Below are positions 59,637-64,000 of a stretch of DNA of 64,000 bases, in pieces. The notes under the pieces are model-generated. The model made no database searches and was not told the DNA's origin. It saw nothing but the letters and a program-made list of their open reading frames with translations. The translations under genes were made by a program, and so were the position numbers. The stretch is from the NCBI RefSeq assembly GCF_964204865.1, contig NC_135256.1, forward strand, positions 11,346,001-11,410,000. The letters are read 5' to 3'. Source of the DNA: Styela clava. Taxonomy: Eukaryota. Each line of letters starts with the position of its first letter. The stretch's first letter is position 1.

Positions 59637-61331
59637 ATGTCTAATGTGGATCCATTCGCAAAGATTGACATGTCATTAGGTGAGTAATCAAGTGATTTCA
59701 GACAGCTGTTGCAGAAAGGCATAGAAAAATTAAATTATATATTTTTTCTGAATATTTTGATTGGAACAGATGACATAATCAAGCTCAATAAAAAAGAGAA
59801 GAAAAAGAACGCTGCTGCTGCCCAGAAGGCAAAAAATCCAGCTCCGAAGAAATTGACTGCAGTCCAACGCAGACGAGCTGAATCTTTGAAATTAAAAGCC
59901 AGAAATACAAGAATAAACAAATTGAGGCAACAGAAAGGTACTATCATTGTATATAAAAATGTTGTACATCGAATCCAGTTACAGTGTTTATTCTTCCTTA
60001 TTAAATTGCATCAGTTGGACTTTCACAAAAACTCTGATACCTTTGAAGAAATACCATTGTTAAAATTTGCATTATGAGGACTTTTTCAATTCAGGTCAAA
60101 AGGTACAGACAACCAAAAATGCTTCGTCATTTGGAACAGCGACACAGAGACTGAGAAGGTATGGTTACTTTTTCCTTGCATCATGGCAGTGATAATCGGG
60201 TATGCTATAATTAAAATGCCTTTTTATACAGAAATGCTGCAAAAAAGAATATTCGAAGCAAAAATAATGTTGGAATGACAAGAGGAGGGAGAGTAAACCC
60301 TGCGAAGCAACAGCAGTTTAGACAACAGAGAAAGGTAATATCTAATGCTATGTGTAGTGAAATAGGTTTACAGTTTTGATCACTCCACACTCTTTATGGT
60401 TGACAACTGCCCCATTGATATTTTACTTTGATTACATTTTTAAACAATTCGTACAATACTCAATATTTTTCAGAATCAAATAGCAAACAGAGGTGTGAAT
60501 AATAAACAGGGGCCACAGCAACAAAGAGGACCAGTCAGATTTACTAAAATTGCAGGTAAGTTCATCTTAACGAAGTTTTTCAAGCACTTATCAAAACTCG
60601 AATAAATTAATGATTCTCTTTTTAGGCAGGCCATCTATTAAGGATAGACTCGGTGCCAGGATTAATATCAGAAAAAACAATCAAAGACAAAAACGTCAGC
60701 AAATGACGAATAGAAACAGACAAGGACTGGTCCCTGTTCAGGTAATTGTTCTCACTTTCATTTCCGGTATATTAGATTGAAGTAAAAAGTACCTTAATAA
60801 TTACCAAAATTAATAATATAAGTTTTAAGTCTCTCAGTTATGATTATTCGGATGATTATTCGGACTCAACCAAAACATAATCTCTTGTCAATCTTCATTT
60901 ACATAATTCATGCAATGGATAGATAATTGGGTATAAAATTTTCAGGCATCTAAGAGGGGTGGAAAACGACGCGGTGGACCAACAAATTTCTCTCGACGAC
61001 AAAATTTTAATGAATCAGGAAGAAATCAAATGACACAATCAATAAATAGGCAATACAATCAGCAACCAAGGCGGACGGCAGGGTTAGTACAACATTATGT
61101 GATAGTTATACTAACATTGAGCCACTCACTAGAATTTTCCTAATTGTTATCCAATGCCAATTTAGACAACAGACGAGGGGTCGTGGTGCCAGGAGGCAAA
61201 ATCAAAGAAATAACAACAATAAGTCTTCAACAAACAACAGATCTTTGCCAAATTTCAATAATAAAAGAGGAAGAGGTGGTGGACGTGGACGAGGCAGAGC
61301 CGCAAATCAGCGAAAAGTTACATTATATTGA
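59637..61331 (+). CDS. FYTTD1: UAP56-interacting factor (UIF/FYTTD1)-like protein, 8 exons, ~292 aa
   Basis: Exons 59637-59679, 59770-59937, 60095-60158, 60232-60334, 60474-60555, 60626-60741, 60946-61082, 61166-61331 join in frame. N-terminal UAP56-binding motif KIDMSLDDIIKLNKKE, basic R/Q/N/G-rich body, RGG tail, no RRM. Confidence 0.72.
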
Positions 61332-61741
61332 TCCGTTGTAATCTGATTCCGTCAGCTGACCTACCAATGCTAGTAGTTCGTGCACACTGTATAGTACAGT
61401 ATTCGAAATGTAAATGAATGAATGAACGAATAACTTAAAGTAGTATATTTCACAATGCTTGTTTTTACGTTTTTAGTGGTCATGTCCTTTTCATTGCAAT
61501 AAATTAAAAAAAACAGTCTTTACTGTAATTGCTGAATATATTAAAATATCACCAACAAGAGTTGCAACAAATGATGACAGACAGACAGTATATTCAACTT
61601 GTTTTTATAGTCTCGTCCTTCCCAGTTTGCATCATAATAAAAGCGGCTGTTCTCATTTCAGGATTGAAATTTCGCCCACATTGTTGTGGTCATCCATCTT
61701 TTTTTCTCTGGTGGTCCAACATTCAGATAGCTTTTCTCTGT

Positions 61742-63032
61742 TCACCTTATGGTGTTGAACATGCTGCATTCCACAGTTGAAAATTGCTGCGACGTAAGCC
61801 CCATAGGCAATGTTGGATCAAACTGCTTCCGTATACCATTGAATGAAAATACTTTAATTTGTCTCAGATGAGTATCCCTACCGTTTTGATGATTCTGTAG
61901 ATTGTATTGGATAAGGGAGAGTGCGAATTGCACTTGAATAATAATTAGCAGTTTTAGCAATACCATACTCTTAGTTTATTTTATTACTACTAAGATGTTT
62001 TACAAATTGCCTTACTCATTGCATCCAGATTTATCTTGTTCTTTTTTCTTACCTGCAATATTGCCACTTGCAATATAAAGGCCCGGATTGACTTTTGATG
62101 AATCTTGTCTTGTAGCTTTACCACAACCCAGCCACACGGCTCTTGCATGTATATTTGCTGAAAAGAGTAAACATACAAACAATTATATTCATAACCATCA
62201 TATAAAAAAAATTCACAAACTTGTACCTCAATTTCTCTCAGGTCGTGGTAATGATTGCCCACTCTGAATGACACTCTACTTGGTGTGTAGCTTTCATCTG
62301 ATTTATAGTCTGTGTAAATCGCCACACAACCAATATCTGTCTTCTGTCTGAAAAAATGGAGGACCCCGGTGATAAGTAGAAAAGAAAAGCTATTTTCTAA
62401 AAAGTCGATATATTAACCTGAACTGGACATTGACCATATGCGGTTGAGTGCCATCGGACTGCCAATATGATTCAAGATTGTCATCTCTCAACAATGTAAC
62501 TCCATAGCCTTAATTCAAAATGAAAAAGATTGGTATCGCAAATATGCACCAAAACATATGTTGCAAACCCTCGTTATAATAAAAATTTATGTAATGGTTA
62601 GTGAAGAACTGGTTGCCAATAAGTGATCTAATATTGAAAGGGCCATCACATAAGTGCATTTGTCTTTGAAGGGTTACTCAGCTTTCTTGCATAGAGCCTT
62701 GTTAATGGCAAAGTTGTAAAACACAAAAAGATTGTTGCTGAGTGGATTATATATAAATTGGATACAATAAAAGTTCAGAAGTTGATAAAAATCATATGTA
62801 AATGTTAAGAACCAAGAATCTGATTTTCAAATTAGTAAAAATTTTATTCATTTAATGCAAAAATATTGCTTTCTTTTTTACCTTGTTTACAAGAAGAAAC
62901 TGACCAAACAGCCCGCTCTCCTATCTCTCGACTACTCCCATCATTAACTTTTTTTATATCACCCACTATTTCATATCCAACAGGTCCAATATCAAAAGTT
63001 GTATTGGCGTGATTGTCATCATCCGACGACAT
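61742..63032 (-). CDS. ANAPC10: Anaphase-promoting complex subunit 10 (DOC1), 5 exons
   Basis: Exons 63032-62882, 62508-62418, 62347-62227, 62157-62053, 61893-61742. Motifs [49 protein letters not shown] and C-terminal IR tail. Confidence 0.95.
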
Positions 63033-64000
63033 TATCTTCCACTATTTAAAGTTCTTCGCCAAGAATCCTAACGCTTTACGTCATATATACATTGGATGAA
63101 AAGGGGCTAGTATCGATTAACAAAATATTATGCAGGACGCGGTTATACGAGAAATTTCATTACTAAAATGGACCTCTAAATCGCAAGATACGAGATGACT
63201 CCTATTGCAATGCTTTTTGCTCAAATGCTTCTGGAAACACATTTTCAACGACATCCTATACGTAAAATTGGATTGTTCCCTTTCAATAGTTGTTAGAAAA
63301 CAATGTGGTTGCATAATCATGATTAATGAGTATAATTAATTGCAGAAATAGGTTACATGTTTCAGCTGCAAATGAGTAGTTAGTGCGCATAGAATTCACA
63401 TGTCCTTCCCGAGATACGTTGTTGCCCATAATTGGAATGTTTAATCTGTTTTATGCCTTTGATCCTAATATGATAATTGAAAAAAAGTTTCCAGGTCTTC
63501 ACGTTTCATGCAAAAATATATGCAAGAAGAATATTTAAAAAAATGTGTGAGACCGTAGTAGTATATATTTACGGTGAGACTTACTGCTTATTAAACATTT
63601 TGTCAGAATTTAAAAATGGGAACATATTTTTTCTATCATATGGGAAACGATGTGATGAACTTCGCACCAAAGTGACGATTTGTGCCTGGTTTTGTTCTGT
63701 TCTTTGTGAGACATGGGCGGTGGGATCTCGCGTGAATATTTTTACATTCTGAACTTTTTCCTTCTGGCTTAATATTTTGACGTTGATTAAGTTGAGATTT
63801 TCCAATGTATGTAAGTTACCTATATTATTATTATTAGGGACCTAACAATAATGTTTTATGAAATATAACTTATTAGTAATACAGTAATATCGTGAAATAT
63901 TCATTTACTAAGCCGGTAATTGTTATTTTTATTTCCTTTTGTAAATTTATGATTCTAGTAACCTAACTAAAAAATTTAAATTTTATAATCATATAGAATG

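Noticed and set aside
1-64000. Prokaryotic systems (CRISPR, retron, DGR, group II intron) around the reverse transcriptase; tRNA/rRNA genes
   Set aside because: The sequence is intron-rich eukaryotic DNA; the RT has an APE remnant, poly(A) tail and TSD of a LINE; no repeat-spacer array or structured RNA gene was recognised by eye.

Overview
AT-rich, gene-dense eukaryotic (invertebrate) genomic DNA with short GT-AG introns. Gene content and 3'-end/acceptor architecture suggest a tunicate (ascidian); this is an inference. Eight protein-coding genes: OTU1/YOD1 (+, intronless), SAP130 (-), GPS2 (+, single coding exon), KLHL18 (+), importin-alpha KPNA3/4 (+), a CPTP/GLTPD-family lipid transfer gene (+), a UIF/FYTTD1-like mRNA export adaptor (+) and ANAPC10 (-). 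A young 5'-truncated L1/Tx1-type LINE (intact RT ORF, A20 tail, GAAAGG TSD) lies upstream of the KPNA coding exons. Many non-autonomous DNA transposons are present: Tc1/mariner-type, piggyBac, hAT, Tc2/pogo-like, a Helentron/HINE-like element, and a palindromic 8-bp-TSD MITE family carrying YY1 and TTAGGG motifs. Main leads: (1) a probable GPS2-KLHL18-KPNA polycistronic unit, with AATAAA directly abutting an unpaired splice acceptor at both junctions; (2) alternative first exons giving the CPTP gene both a membrane-anchored (GLTPD2-like) and a cytosolic form; (3) the YY1/telomere-repeat MITE family; (4) an enriched TACCGGTA palindrome near gene 5' ends. Exon coordinates were derived by eye and are not validated against transcripts.
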